A DNA stretch of 63,528 nucleotides, the filler included. It is 6 parts of 6 records of this genome, joined end to end, with 100 filler letters (N's around TTAATTAATTAA, not from the genome) between each part and the next. Parts side by side here need not be neighbours in the genome. Positions count along the whole stretch, not along the records: positions 1 to 10,217 come from SRR22947725_5750; positions 10,318 to 21,299 come from SRR22947725_5757; 4 more parts are not named here. The stretch is one strand, 5' to 3'. A program made the translations under genes and the position numbers. A model generated the notes under the pieces. That model ran no database searches. It was not told the DNA's origin and saw nothing but the letters and a program-made list of their open reading frames with translations. Shown here in pieces: positions 1 to 10,549 of the stretch (positions are counted from its first letter, which is position 1; each line of letters begins with the position of its first letter).

Positions 1-220
1 CTATATCAGCCTCATCTTTTAAAATTGTGTTTTCAAGCTCTTTTATAAATAAACCTTTACCTCCTATATCAGCTAACGATTTATCTAAAGTTTTATCAGC
101 AGACGTAACAACTTCTATAATATTAATTTCAATATCTTTACTAAGATGTTCCTTTAAAATTTCTACTTGACGGATAGCCAAATTAGATTTTCTTGAAGCA
201 ATTCTTATCCTTAATGTCAT
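1..220 (-). CDS. hemC: hydroxymethylbilane synthase (porphobilinogen deaminase), N-terminal part; runs off the window edge
   Basis: Manual translation from ATG at 220 gives MTLRIRIASRKSNLAIRQ...ADIGGKGLFIKELE, containing the HemC RxSxLA and GGKGLFxKELE motifs. Not in the ORF track. Confidence 0.93.
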   Translation of the reverse strand, partial: MTLRIRIASRKSNLAIRQVEILKEHLSKDIEINIIEVVTSADKTLDKSLADIGGKGLFIKELENTILKDEADI

Positions 221-379
221 TTTAAATTCAATCGTGTTTTAATAAGTAAATGTTTGTATCTTAGGGTAAATATTTTATAGACATATAGTAAATCTAAAAA
301 CTTACAATAATAATTTATATTTGCATTACTGCGTTTTAATTCTATTTTAACTCTGAGGTTATGCAAATAGGGTAATCGC

Positions 380-1474
380 ATGAGTAGCAGAAATTATAAA
401 ATTATTATGGGGATTGAGACTAGCTGTGATGATACAGCTGTTGCTATTGTTAACTCAAAAAAAGAAATTTTATCAAATGTAGTTATTAACCAAAATACAA
501 ATTTAACCAAATATGGTGGAATAGTTCCTGAAATAGCTGCTAGAGACCATCTTACTAACATTGAATATGCTGTTCAAGAAGCTTTAGAGCAATCCAAATC
601 TAAATTAGAAAATATAGATTTAATTGCAGCGACTGGAGGTCCGGGATTGATTGGAGGAGTTATTGTAGGAACAGTTTTTGCAAAATCTTTAGCTATGTCT
701 TTGGACAAACCTTATGTTGCGGTTAATCATCTTGAAGGACATGCTCTAACCGCTAGATTGACTAACAACATTAAATATCCTTATCTTTTACTTCTTGTTT
801 CTGGTGGACATACCCAAATAATAGCAATCTTAGAATATGGGAAATATTCTAGATTAAGTTCAACTTTAGATGATGCCGCTGGCGAAACTTTTGATAAAGC
901 TGCTAAAATCTTAGGTATAGGGTTTCCTGGAGGACCTATGATAGAAAAAATGGCCATATCAGGAAACTCTAAATTGTTTAAATTACCGAGACCAATGTAT
1001 AAATCTAAAAATCCAAATTTTTCGTTTTCAGGACTTAAAACAGCTTTTAATCAAATTGTTTCAAACAGCACTTTAGATAAAAATAAAATTTGTGATTTAT
1101 CAGCTAGTCTTCAAAAATCTATATCAGACTGTTTAGTAGACAGGACAAAATACGCTATAGATCAATTTAGAACGTTGATAAACGAAAACTCTAACATCCA
1201 ATTAGTTGTTGCAGGTGGTGTTGCTTCTAATAAATATATCAGAAATCAATTAGAAAAATTAGCATCGACATCAAAAATAGATTTTCATGCTCCACCTATA
1301 AGTTTATGTACTGATAACGGCGCTATGATTGCTTGGGCAGGTTATGAAAAATATATTTCTGAAGGAGAAACTGATCTAAATTTCAAAGCTAGACCAAGGT
1401 GGCCATTAGACCCAGATGCACATTATAAAAACCCGATTCATAATAAAATTGGGAAAAGTGGAGTAAAAGCTTAA
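380..1474 (+). CDS. tsaD: tRNA N6-adenosine threonylcarbamoyltransferase
   Basis: GIETSCDDT, GGIVPEIAARDH, VNHLEGH, LLVSGGHT, DDAAGETFDK and CTDNGAMIAW motifs. Confidence 0.97.
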   Translation: MSSRNYKIIMGIETSCDDTAVAIVNSKKEILSNVVINQNTNLTKYGGIVPEIAARDHLTNIEYAVQEALEQSKSKLENIDLIAATGGPGLIGGVIVGTVFAKSLAMSLDKPYVAVNHLEGHALTARLTNNIKYPYLLLLVSGGHTQIIAILEYGKYSRLSSTLDDAAGETFDKAAKILGIGFPGGPMIEKMAISGNSKLFKLPRPMYKSKNPNFSFSGLKTAFNQIVSNSTLDKNKICDLSASLQKSISDCLVDRTKYAIDQFRTLINENSNIQLVVAGGVASNKYIRNQLEKLASTSKIDFHAPPISLCTDNGAMIAWAGYEKYISEGETDLNFKARPRWPLDPDAHYKNPIHNKIGKSGVKA

Positions 1475-2461
1475 ATGTCAATTTTTTCTAATATATCTTT
1501 TTATGGGGGTGGTGCATGGGGACAAGCTCTAGCAATCACTCTTGCATCCGTTGGACAAAAATCAACACTAATTGTCTCTGATGAAGTGAGAGCTAATGAG
1601 ATTAATAATCATTTTTCAAGAAAGTTTCCTCAAAACCCATTACATTCATTTATTCAAGCAAGCACAAACAGCAAAGAAATACTCAAAAGCAGTGATTTAG
1701 TTTTTATTACAACTGAGAGCAAAAGGGTCTTAAAGGTATTAGAAGAAGTATCTCTATTTTCATCAAACGGAACAGATGTCGTTGTAACGTCAAAAGGATT
1801 CGCATCAAAAGATGGTAAAACCTTTTCTCAAATAGCTAATGATCAATTTCCGAATATCAAATTATCTATTTTAACAGGGCCCACTTTTGCTGATGAAGTC
1901 GCAAAGAATTTACCTGCTGCTGCTATTATCGCTAATAAAAATATTAATGATGCACAATCTATATGTAAACTATTTCATAATTCAAATCTTAGACTTTATC
2001 CCAATGATGACCCCCTTGGTGCATCAATATCTGGTGCAGTCAAAAATATTATTGCCATTGGAGCTGGAATCATTCAAGGGTTAGGATTAGGTGACAACGC
2101 AAGAGCTGCCCTAATTACTAGAGGTTTATCAGAAACATCAGAACTAATTAAGAATGCAGGAGGCAACTTTTCCACTGTCTTTGGACTTGCTGGGATTGGT
2201 GATATGTCTTTAACATGCAGTGGTCCTCACTCTAGAAATATGGCATATGGAATAAGTTTTGTTAAAAATAAATCAAAAAAAAATAAACTAGATCTTGTTG
2301 AAGGATTAAACGCGATAGACTCTGCTATTTTTTTAGCTCAGAGTCTCAACATAGAAATGCCTATCGTAAATGCCATTAATGATATATTAACAAAAAAAGC
2401 TGATATAAATGAAGTTATCAAAAATCTTTTAACAAGACCTATAACAAATGAATTTTTATAA
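1475..2461 (+). CDS. gpsA: NAD(P)H-dependent glycerol-3-phosphate dehydrogenase
   Basis: GGGAWG Rossmann start, GPTFADEV, GAVKNIIAI, GDNARAALITRGL and SRN motifs; directly abuts tsaD. Confidence 0.95.
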   Translation: MSIFSNISFYGGGAWGQALAITLASVGQKSTLIVSDEVRANEINNHFSRKFPQNPLHSFIQASTNSKEILKSSDLVFITTESKRVLKVLEEVSLFSSNGTDVVVTSKGFASKDGKTFSQIANDQFPNIKLSILTGPTFADEVAKNLPAAAIIANKNINDAQSICKLFHNSNLRLYPNDDPLGASISGAVKNIIAIGAGIIQGLGLGDNARAALITRGLSETSELIKNAGGNFSTVFGLAGIGDMSLTCSGPHSRNMAYGISFVKNKSKKNKLDLVEGLNAIDSAIFLAQSLNIEMPIVNAINDILTKKADINEVIKNLLTRPITNEFL

Positions 2462-2495
2462 TAGTTCGAATATAGAACAGTTTGATTTTAATTAA

Positions 2496-2873
2496 TCAAT
2501 CTTGATTTTGTTTTTTTTCTTTTGAAATAAAATAGAGATTTCTTGCATAAATGAAAACCCCTACTGATTGTCCTGCAATAATTACTGGGTCTTGCCTCCA
2601 AATTGCATAGGTTAGTAGAACTAACCCACCAGTAATAGAAAAATACCAAAAGGCAACTGGTATAACAGAACGGCCTGCATTTTCACTACTAAGCCATTGT
2701 ATTATAAATCTAGTTGCAAATAGTGCTTGTCCCCCAAAACCAATTACAATCATTATTGTTTCTGGATGGTTATCAAGGTATGGCTCTAAAAAAGGTATAA
2801 AATAAATTAATATATCATTTATTCTGAAAGCAAAACCTTCTATTTGCATAGATAGATAGGATATGAAACTCAT
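2496..2873 (-). CDS. lipid A biosynthesis N-terminal domain (LAB_N) small membrane protein
   Basis: GQALFATRFIIQW...SVIPVAFWYFS...DPVII.GQ...IYARNL pattern; 4-bp overlap with the upstream GT2 gene. Confidence 0.85.
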   Translation of the reverse strand: MSFISYLSMQIEGFAFRINDILIYFIPFLEPYLDNHPETIMIVIGFGGQALFATRFIIQWLSSENAGRSVIPVAFWYFSITGGLVLLTYAIWRQDPVIIAGQSVGVFIYARNLYFISKEKKQNQD

Positions 2874-3601
2874 TTATATATCTCTTTGGATACCTTGTTT
2901 TTGGGCATTCTTTTTCTAAGCCATATGACACCTAATATATCAGAAATGCCAACTATCAATCTTCCTAAATTTGTATAATTTGAGATACCTATTTGTCGTT
3001 CTCTATGCTTAACGTTAAATTCCAATATTTTAGCTCCTTCTCTATTAGCTAAAGCTGATAAAAATCTATGCATATGGTCAAAATAGGGAAGTCTTAAAAA
3101 TAAATCTTTGTGAAATACTTTTATACCACAACCTGAGTCCGGGTGATTGTCTTTTAAAAGTAATAACCTGGAATATTTAGCAATAGATGATGCCCATAAT
3201 CTATGTTTACCATCCTTCCTGTTTACCCTTACTCCACCCACAAATAAAAATTGATTTGTATTGTTTCTAAATAATTTTATCATGGCAGAAAGATCTGAGG
3301 GATCGTTTTGCCCGTCTCCATCTAATGTAGCTATTATAGGTGATTGTGAAGCAATCACGCCTGAACGCAATGCAGCAGACTGACCTTGACTTTCTTCGTG
3401 ACTGATTACTCTTAATCTTTTATTATTTTTTAAAATAAGTTTAAGCTCTTTTTCTGTATTGTCTTTCGATCCGTCATTTATATATATTATTTCATAATTA
3501 AAGTTTCTAAGTGAATAATCAATTTCTTGAATTAAACCTTCAATATTACCAGCTTCATTCTTAACTGGTACTACAACAGAAATGTCAGTAGATTGTTTCA
3601 T
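2870..3601 (-). CDS. GT2 polyprenol-phosphate glycosyltransferase (ArnC/DPM1-like)
   Basis: VVVPVKNE, INDGSKD, GQSAAL, LDGDGQNDP, DSGCGIKVF and HRFL motifs. Confidence 0.9.
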   Translation of the reverse strand: MKQSTDISVVVPVKNEAGNIEGLIQEIDYSLRNFNYEIIYINDGSKDNTEKELKLILKNNKRLRVISHEESQGQSAALRSGVIASQSPIIATLDGDGQNDPSDLSAMIKLFRNNTNQFLFVGGVRVNRKDGKHRLWASSIAKYSRLLLLKDNHPDSGCGIKVFHKDLFLRLPYFDHMHRFLSALANREGAKILEFNVKHRERQIGISNYTNLGRLIVGISDILGVIWLRKRMPKNKVSKEIYK

Positions 3602-3645
3602 TATTAACTTTTGTTTAAATTAAATGTTAGCCATAAATAAACACT

Positions 3646-5376
3646 TTAATTAGTTTGGTCAAACATTTGATTTTTGTAAATGTGTATTTCCACGTGTTTC
3701 CCTTTAGCTATATTATAACCACTTACAATATCTGCTTTAACTAATTTTAAATTTAACTGATTAATTGAAAACAAAAATTCTTCTAGAGATCTTTTTTCAA
3801 TTAAAGCAATGTTATTTTTACCCTCAGCTAGGAAAAGAGCTGCATCTTGTGGGTTTGATAATAATACATTTCCTTCCAACAAGAAGACTAAGCTTGGTTC
3901 ATGATAACCTGAAGACACCACGGCATCTGGTTGTATGTAATTAATCTTTTTTGAAATCATTTTGCTTGGATACAAATAATCCAAACTGGGGAAAATAAAT
4001 TGAAAAATAATTATGTTAAAGAATGAAGCAAGAGCAATAATGGCTAAAGGAAAGATATAGATAAATCTTTGATATTTTTTTAATTGGTTAGATGATCTAA
4101 GGAAAAATATTATAGATAATACAAAAACTAGTATTGTAATTATAAAAACAAGTATAGATAGAAAAGTTATAGACAAATCATTTTTAAAATTAAATATATT
4201 TGAAAAGTATAAAACACCACCACCAAGAACTAAACCTCCTGAACCAAATATTATCGAAAGCAAAAGTATAACTCTCTTTTGAAAAGAGCTTTGTAAATTG
4301 TTGATTTGAGATTTCAAATGAAACAAACTACCAATGGCAAGAATTGCAACTGCAGGTAGAACTGGCAAAGAATAGTGAAATAGTTTGGTTGGAACCACCT
4401 CTATAATTAGCCAAAATGGTATAATCCAACAAATAAGGAATTGTACAACCGAGTTATTTTTATTTTGCATCACAAATAATATTAAACCAGGCAAAAAAGT
4501 AGCTATTGGCCAAATTGCTATTGATAAAAATAATAAATGTGTTCCAGGCCATGCTCCATGACCTTCCTGTCCACTCTGTAGCTTATTAAAAAAATCATCA
4601 TAAAAAGCTTTTTGAAAAAACAAACCTTCCGTAGAATTATCGATTGCAACAAACCAAGGAAGTATAATGCATGCGCTAATTAACAATCCCAATATTGGAT
4701 TTAAAAGTTTGATAAAGCTAAAACTTTTTTTAATAAAACAATACGTTATAATAGTTGGGAATAAAATAGCGAATGATAATGGCCCCTTTACAAGAACACC
4801 AAACGAAAAAACAACCCATATAATTACAGGGTATAAATATTTGGCCTTAATAGAGTTTTCTTTTTTCAGAATCAATTTTAGTAAAAAATATTGCTGAATA
4901 CATACTAAACTTAATAAAGTAGCATCTGTTTTTGCTAGATGCGCTTCACCCATGAAAGCCATTGAGGATGCAAAAAACAACGCTACAATTAAAGATTGAT
5001 GTAATGGGAAGATAAGTCGGGCTATTAGGCCAGTGAAGACAATTGAAATTATAGAGCTTATTAGAGACGGAATACGAAAAGATCCAATATCCAACAAACC
5101 AAATATGTTCCCCGAAACAGCCTGTAACCAATATATGCCAACAGGTTTTTTTGCTCTAATCTCGTCTTGAAATTTTATATTTATGTAATCATTACTTTGT
5201 GCCATTTGCCGGCTTGCCTGAGCAAAACGAGCCTCATCACGATCAATAGGAGGTATATTATTCTGACCAGAAAAAAGAGCACCTAATATCAAAACAAAGA
5301 TAACACTAAAAGTTATAACCTTGAACTTTCCTAATTCTTTTATGGAATCTTTAATTTTTGTAAATTGTGTCATCAC
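3646..5376 (-). CDS. ArnT-like polyprenyl-phosphate-sugar:lipid A glycosyltransferase (GT83/PMT family)
   Basis: DRDEARFAQASRQM, KKPVGIYWLQ, KGP and TKLFHYSLP motifs; many transmembrane segments. Confidence 0.88.
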   Translation of the reverse strand: MMTQFTKIKDSIKELGKFKVITFSVIFVLILGALFSGQNNIPPIDRDEARFAQASRQMAQSNDYINIKFQDEIRAKKPVGIYWLQAVSGNIFGLLDIGSFRIPSLISSIISIVFTGLIARLIFPLHQSLIVALFFASSMAFMGEAHLAKTDATLLSLVCIQQYFLLKLILKKENSIKAKYLYPVIIWVVFSFGVLVKGPLSFAILFPTIITYCFIKKSFSFIKLLNPILGLLISACIILPWFVAIDNSTEGLFFQKAFYDDFFNKLQSGQEGHGAWPGTHLLFLSIAIWPIATFLPGLILFVMQNKNNSVVQFLICWIIPFWLIIEVVPTKLFHYSLPVLPAVAILAIGSLFHLKSQINNLQSSFQKRVILLLSIIFGSGGLVLGGGVLYFSNIFNFKNDLSITFLSILVFIITILVFVLSIIFFLRSSNQLKKYQRFIYIFPLAIIALASFFNIIIFQFIFPSLDYLYPSKMISKKINYIQPDAVVSSGYHEPSLVFLLEGNVLLSNPQDAALFLAEGKNNIALIEKRSLEEFLFSINQLNLKLVKADIVSGYNIAKGKHVEIHIYKNQMFDQTN

Positions 5377-5461
5377 CGATACTCAAATTATCTATTTAGA
5401 AATAACATAATTTTAAAATAATGTTATAATTTAAAAAATTTTAAAAAAGGTTATATAAATA

Positions 5462-6919
5462 ATGGATTATAAAATTGATAAAAAATTGATTGGTTTTTGT
5501 GAAAATAAAAAAATTAATTCAATTCCGTTATATTTAATTAAAGATATAAATAGTTTGAAATTAACTAGTCTGATTTCCGAAAAACAAAAAATATTTTTAA
5601 AATCTACTTTTAATTTAGAGCTTGAAAATTTTGGTTTTTTCCCGGATGAAAATAATCATCTTGGAGGAGCAGTCGCTATCATTACCGAAACTATTGAACC
5701 TAGAAAAAGTATTATTGACCAAGCCGCAAAATTATCAGAAAAACTTCCAAAAAAAAAGTGGGCTCTTGAATGTTTAGATGAATTAAACAATCAAGAAACA
5801 TATAACTTCATACTTGGATGGGGATTAAGTTTTTATAAATTCAATATAAAAACAAATAATAAAAGAAGTATTATAAATCAAACTTTATGTATTAAGAACA
5901 TAAAAGATTTAATCAAAGAAAATGAATTCCAAAAATGTTGTGTCGAACTCAAGGGTATATTTCTTGCTAGGGATTTAATTAATTTACCTCCTAATATACT
6001 AACACCATACAATTATGAAAAAATTGTTAAAAATTGTTTTAAAGATTTCTCTACAAAAATTGATACATATAAAGATAAAAAACTTGAAAAAAACTTTCCT
6101 TTAATAAATTTTGTTGGTAGATCCTCAGAAAACAAACCCCTGCTCCTAGATATTAAATGGAGTAAGAGTAAAAAAAATATTTTCCCCAACATTACTCTTA
6201 TTGGAAAGGGAGTTACTTTTGATAGTGGTGGATTAGATGTAAAACCTTCCAGTGGTATGATGCTCATGAAAAAAGATATGGGAGGTAGTGCTGTTGTTCT
6301 TGGGATAGCTTATGCATTAATATCTATGAATTGCCCAGTAAATCTAAGGGTAATAGTTCCTATGGCTGAAAACTCAATATCAGATAAATCTATGAGGCCC
6401 CTAGATGTTATTTACGCAAGGAATAACACTCCTGTTGAAATAGGAAATACTGATGCAGAAGGAAGGTTACTTTTGGCCGATGCACTTACATTTAGTCAAG
6501 AAAATAACGTAAAGAGTGATTTTGTAATAGACTTTGCAACTCTTACAGGCGCAGCGAGAGTTGCCTTAGGAACAGAATTACCTGCTTTATTTACTAATGA
6601 CAACGATTTAGGTGAAAGAATAATTGATGAGGGCAAAGAACAAATTGACCCTATGTGGGAGTTACCTCTATTTTCTCCATATGAGAGATATTTGGAAAAT
6701 AAATATGATGCGTTAAGTAGCACAGGTTCCGCAGGCACAGGAGGGGCTATAACAGCCGCTTTGTTTTTAAAGAAATTTATTGATACAGATACTAAATGGG
6801 CACATGTTGATTTGATGGCTTGGAACACATCAGGAAGACCCGGTTTTCCTGTCGGTGGAGAAGCAATGGGTTTAAGAAATATTGTAAATATGATTATAAA
6901 GTATTGTAATCAAAAATAA
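5462..6919 (+). CDS. M17 leucyl aminopeptidase
   Basis: GKGVTFDSGG, MKKDMGG, NTDAEGRL and ATLTGA motifs. Confidence 0.95.
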   Translation: MDYKIDKKLIGFCENKKINSIPLYLIKDINSLKLTSLISEKQKIFLKSTFNLELENFGFFPDENNHLGGAVAIITETIEPRKSIIDQAAKLSEKLPKKKWALECLDELNNQETYNFILGWGLSFYKFNIKTNNKRSIINQTLCIKNIKDLIKENEFQKCCVELKGIFLARDLINLPPNILTPYNYEKIVKNCFKDFSTKIDTYKDKKLEKNFPLINFVGRSSENKPLLLDIKWSKSKKNIFPNITLIGKGVTFDSGGLDVKPSSGMMLMKKDMGGSAVVLGIAYALISMNCPVNLRVIVPMAENSISDKSMRPLDVIYARNNTPVEIGNTDAEGRLLLADALTFSQENNVKSDFVIDFATLTGAARVALGTELPALFTNDNDLGERIIDEGKEQIDPMWELPLFSPYERYLENKYDALSSTGSAGTGGAITAALFLKKFIDTDTKWAHVDLMAWNTSGRPGFPVGGEAMGLRNIVNMIIKYCNQK

Positions 6920-6930
6920 GTTAAGGCCAT

Positions 6931-7722
6931 TTATTTTAACAATGTAACTGCTGAATTATAAATGTTATTATTTCTAGATACTATTGTTGAATATTTATAT
7001 TGAAAATCTTCTTTCAAACTTAATTTATTAGAGTTCCAATCTGTTACAAATATCCCTTGAGATTCAAGTACAGGAATAAGAGGTAAAATATCATATGCTG
7101 ACAAACCCTCCTCTATAACTAAATCTAAACCACCTGTAATAATTAAACAATAATTGTGACAATCTCCTGACCATATATTGTATTTAGTTTTTGTTATTAA
7201 ATTTTTGTACTTCTTCTTACCGTGTTCAGAAAAAAGATTCAAATCAGTAGAGCCAACAGTCGCTTCAGAAAGTTTGCTTATTGATTTTTTTGTGAAAACA
7301 AACTTTGATTTATTATAATAACAATTTGACTTATATCCTAACCAACGCTCATTTAAAGCTGGAAAATCAACTAAGCCAATTAAAGGTTTTCCCTTATAAG
7401 CTAAACCTATTAAAGTTCCCCACAACGGTCGACCAACTATATAACTTCTAGTACCATCAATAGGATCTACTATCCATGTATAATCAGAACCTAATGCTTT
7501 TGAACTAATTTCTTCTGCAAATATATTATGGCTGGGAAATTTTTTGGATATAAGATCACAAATAATTTTTTCAGCTTTTATATCATATTGTGTGACAGGG
7601 CTTCCATCTTTTTTTGTCTTAGGGTCTAAATTTGAATAAAAGCCTTCTAATGTTATTTTTTTTGATTTATCAGCTAGTAAATAAACAAACTTTGAAATTT
7701 CGTTAAATTCAGCATCGTTCAT
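6931..7722 (-). CDS. inositol monophosphatase family protein, probable histidinol-phosphate phosphatase (HisN-like)
   Basis: WIVDPIDGTRSY, PLWGTLI, GDCHNY and YDILPLIP motifs. Confidence 0.8.
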   Translation of the reverse strand: MNDAEFNEISKFVYLLADKSKKITLEGFYSNLDPKTKKDGSPVTQYDIKAEKIICDLISKKFPSHNIFAEEISSKALGSDYTWIVDPIDGTRSYIVGRPLWGTLIGLAYKGKPLIGLVDFPALNERWLGYKSNCYYNKSKFVFTKKSISKLSEATVGSTDLNLFSEHGKKKYKNLITKTKYNIWSGDCHNYCLIITGGLDLVIEEGLSAYDILPLIPVLESQGIFVTDWNSNKLSLKEDFQYKYSTIVSRNNNIYNSAVTLLK

Positions 7723-7761
7723 TATGGAACTCTTTTATCTAAACCAATAGATATAGTCAGG

Positions 7762-8301
7762 TTATTCTGGTAAAGAAACAGGGTTATCACTTTTTGTTCT
7801 TAACCAAGCAATTAAGTTAGCTCGATCCTTTACTTTAGATAACCCGGCGTAGTTCATTTTTGTTCCTTTAGCATAGAGCTTTGGTTTATATAAAAACTTA
7901 TTTAATTCTTCGTAGGACCATTTACCTGAAAGTGCCGCTAGAGCTTTTGAATAGGCATAGTCTCCGACCTTACCTTGATTCTTGTTCACAATATTATATA
8001 AATTAGGACCAACCTTATTACCACCACCCGCATCAAATCCATGGCAAGCGACACATTTTTTAGAAATTTTTTGTCCACTATCTAGATTTGCGTTAACTAA
8101 AAGAGCAGTTATTGGCTCTATAACTACAGCTTTTACTTCTTTTGATTTGGTAGAAGAGCCTTCAGGAACTTCGATTGGATAAGCGTTAGTCACCTCTGTA
8201 ACGGGATTAACAAGAAAATTTCCAATTTTCCCAAAAACCATTATTAACAATACACCACAGAGCACAGCAGCAGCAATTTTATTAAACTTAAGAGCGTCCA
8301 T
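7762..8301 (-). CDS. membrane-anchored class I cytochrome c (CycM/c2-like)
   Basis: N-terminal TM helix, CVACH heme motif, VGPNL and GTKM axial Met. ATG at 8301 preferred over the track start at 8316. Confidence 0.92.
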   Translation of the reverse strand: MDALKFNKIAAAVLCGVLLIMVFGKIGNFLVNPVTEVTNAYPIEVPEGSSTKSKEVKAVVIEPITALLVNANLDSGQKISKKCVACHGFDAGGGNKVGPNLYNIVNKNQGKVGDYAYSKALAALSGKWSYEELNKFLYKPKLYAKGTKMNYAGLSKVKDRANLIAWLRTKSDNPVSLPE

Positions 8302-8444
8302 AAATTTACCAATCAAAAATTATTAAATATGAGACAATATTTACATGCAAGATCAGTATTCTTCAAGTATAAATATCTTAAAATCTAATAATTTATATTT
8401 TATTAGAACTTTTTTTATTAAAAAAAAGTAAAGGAGTTTTTAAG

Positions 8445-9203
8445 TTGGATTTTTCTAATACTATTATTATTATTCCTGCTAGAATAGGTTCCTCAAGATT
8501 ACCTAATAAACCTCTCTTGAAAATTAATGGAACCCCACTAATCATTCATGCCTATAATTGCGCAAAAAGTTCTAAACTTGATGTGCCTATTCTTGTTGCA
8601 ACCGACAATGAATTAATTGCAAATGTCGTAAATGATCACGGAGGCTTGACTTTAATGACCTCAAATAAACATGAGAGTGGGTCAGATAGAATCTTTGAGG
8701 CTCTTGAAAAATTTGACCCAGATCAAAAATATCAAAATATTATTCATCTACAAGGTGATCTTCCAAATATATCAGGAAATTTAATTAAGAAGTTAGCAAC
8801 TACTATAGATAATCCGTTAAAAGAAATTGCAACAGTAGTAGTTAAGGCAAGTCCAGAAGAGTATGAAGATAAGTCCGTAGTTAAAGCAGCAATAGCTTTT
8901 GCAAAAGATAATCCTGTAGTGGACGACATTGGTAGAGCCATGTATTTTAGCAGAGCTTGTATTCCTTATGGTGAAACCAATATATGGCACCATGTTGGGA
9001 TCTATGCTTGGAAAAGAAAAATATTAAAAAGATTTGTTAACCTAAAGCCTTCACCCTTAGAAAAATCAGAAAAACTAGAACAACTTCGAGCTCTTGAAGC
9101 AGGTATCATTATTGACGCTATTATAACGTCCGATCACCCAATTGGAGTAGATACAGAATTAGATTTAAAAAAAGCTACAAAGTTTTTCCAAGACTTATCT
9201 TAA
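8445..9203 (+). CDS. kdsB: 3-deoxy-manno-octulosonate cytidylyltransferase
   Basis: IPARIGSSRLPNKPL, SGSDRI, QGDLP, YFSR, HVGIY and EKLEQLRALE motifs. Confidence 0.96.
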   Translation: MDFSNTIIIIPARIGSSRLPNKPLLKINGTPLIIHAYNCAKSSKLDVPILVATDNELIANVVNDHGGLTLMTSNKHESGSDRIFEALEKFDPDQKYQNIIHLQGDLPNISGNLIKKLATTIDNPLKEIATVVVKASPEEYEDKSVVKAAIAFAKDNPVVDDIGRAMYFSRACIPYGETNIWHHVGIYAWKRKILKRFVNLKPSPLEKSEKLEQLRALEAGIIIDAIITSDHPIGVDTELDLKKATKFFQDLS

Positions 9204-9253
9204 CTATTTAGTTAAAAAGACATTAAACTAATAATAATAAATAGAGAATTATA

Positions 9254-10111
9254 ATGAATAAAAACAAGAGTAACTTAGTTATTGCCTTTCAGGGTATGTT
9301 AGGAGCATATTCAAATATGGCTTGTGAAGCTTATTTTCCAGGAGCAAAAACGTTACCATGTAATTCATTTGAAGATATGTTAAATGCAACAAAGAAGAGT
9401 TTATCAGATTATTCGATGGTCCCAGTTGAAAATTCATTGGCTGGAAGAGTTGCTGACATACATCATTTAATACCTGATAGTGGTTTATTTATTATTGGCG
9501 AGCATTACCAAAGAGTTAATCATCAATTGCTAGGTTTACAGAACTCTGATTTAAAAGATATCAAAAGTGTGAAGAGCCATGCTCAAGGTCTTGCTCAATG
9601 TAGAAAATTTATTTCTGATAATAATTTATTACCCGTCCAACACATAGATACTGCTGGAGCTGCTGAAGAGATCTCTAGAACAGATGACCCAACAATTGCA
9701 GCCATAGCATCAGATATGGCTTCTAAAATTTATAATTTAAAGATTTTAAAAAGTAACATTGAAGATGCTACACATAATACAACTAGGTTTTTAATAATGG
9801 GTAGAGAACCTGTAATACCATCAATTGACAACACAAAATCTGTTACAACATTAATTTTTGAAGTAAGATCTGTTCCTGCTGCTTTATATAAGGTATTAGG
9901 TGGCTTTGCTACTAACGGTATAAATCTTACGAAACTTGAGAGTTATATTGGCGGGAAAGAAATGAACGCTGCAAGGTTTTATGTTGACGCTGAAGGACAC
10001 CCAGAAACCGCATCAATGCAAAATGCACTTGAAGAAATGTACTTTTACACTGAACCAAATTCTACAAAAATCCTAGGAACGTATCCTAGAGCCAAAAAAA
10101 ATAAAACATAA
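9254..10111 (+). CDS. pheA: prephenate dehydratase
   Basis: AFQG..GAYS, PVENSLAG, NTTRFL and ACT-domain NLTKLES motifs. Confidence 0.95.
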   Translation: MNKNKSNLVIAFQGMLGAYSNMACEAYFPGAKTLPCNSFEDMLNATKKSLSDYSMVPVENSLAGRVADIHHLIPDSGLFIIGEHYQRVNHQLLGLQNSDLKDIKSVKSHAQGLAQCRKFISDNNLLPVQHIDTAGAAEEISRTDDPTIAAIASDMASKIYNLKILKSNIEDATHNTTRFLIMGREPVIPSIDNTKSVTTLIFEVRSVPAALYKVLGGFATNGINLTKLESYIGGKEMNAARFYVDAEGHPETASMQNALEEMYFYTEPNSTKILGTYPRAKKNKT

Positions 10112-10160
10112 TTTATGTAATTTCTTGCATATTATTTAGATTTATAACATACATATTATT

Positions 10161-10217
10161 GGAGGGTCGCATGGACGTAATTCTTGCTAATCCGGTCAGG
10201 TCCGAAAGGAAGCAGCC
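10161..10217 (+). ncRNA. ffs: signal recognition particle (4.5S) RNA, 5' part, truncated by the contig end
   Basis: Contains CCGGTCAGGTCCGAAAGGAAGCAGCC, the conserved SRP helix 8 with a GNRA tetraloop. Confidence 0.9.
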
Positions 10218-10317
10218 NNNNNNNNNNNNNNNNNNNNNNNNNNNNNNNNNNNNNNNNNNNNTTAATTAATTAANNNNNNNNNNNNNNNNNNNNNNNNNNN
10301 NNNNNNNNNNNNNNNNN
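10218..10317. other. artificial contig linker (N44-TTAATTAATTAA-N44)
   Basis: Identical linker occurs five times; it carries stops in all six frames and gene context breaks across it. Confidence 0.98.
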
Positions 10318-10481
10318 TTATGTGAGTATTTTTTTTGTAAATTATCTGCTAGATTTTTTCTACAAAAATTATTTGGGAAAGGATTCGTGTTATTTTCAAT
10401 GGCTTGCTCACGAATTTTTGCTAACTTAGCTCTTCTTTCAGCAATAAGCTTATTTTCGTTTTGCTCTAACTCTTTACTCAT
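10318..10481 (-). CDS. lysS: lysine--tRNA ligase, N-terminal fragment truncated by the contig end
   Basis: MSKELEQNENKLIAERRAKLAKIRE...FPNNF resembles the LysS N-terminus; lies directly downstream of prfB, a conserved arrangement. Confidence 0.88.
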
Positions 10482-10549
10482 TTTTTTAACCAAATTAGTA
10501 CTCGTGAATTAAATTTATATGGCTGTATTTTCAACTATGATACTTAATT

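Noticed and set aside
10262-10273. Recurring TTAATTAATTAA palindrome as a biological repeat or CRISPR-like element
   Set aside because: Always embedded in fixed-length N runs; it is a six-frame-stop assembly spacer.
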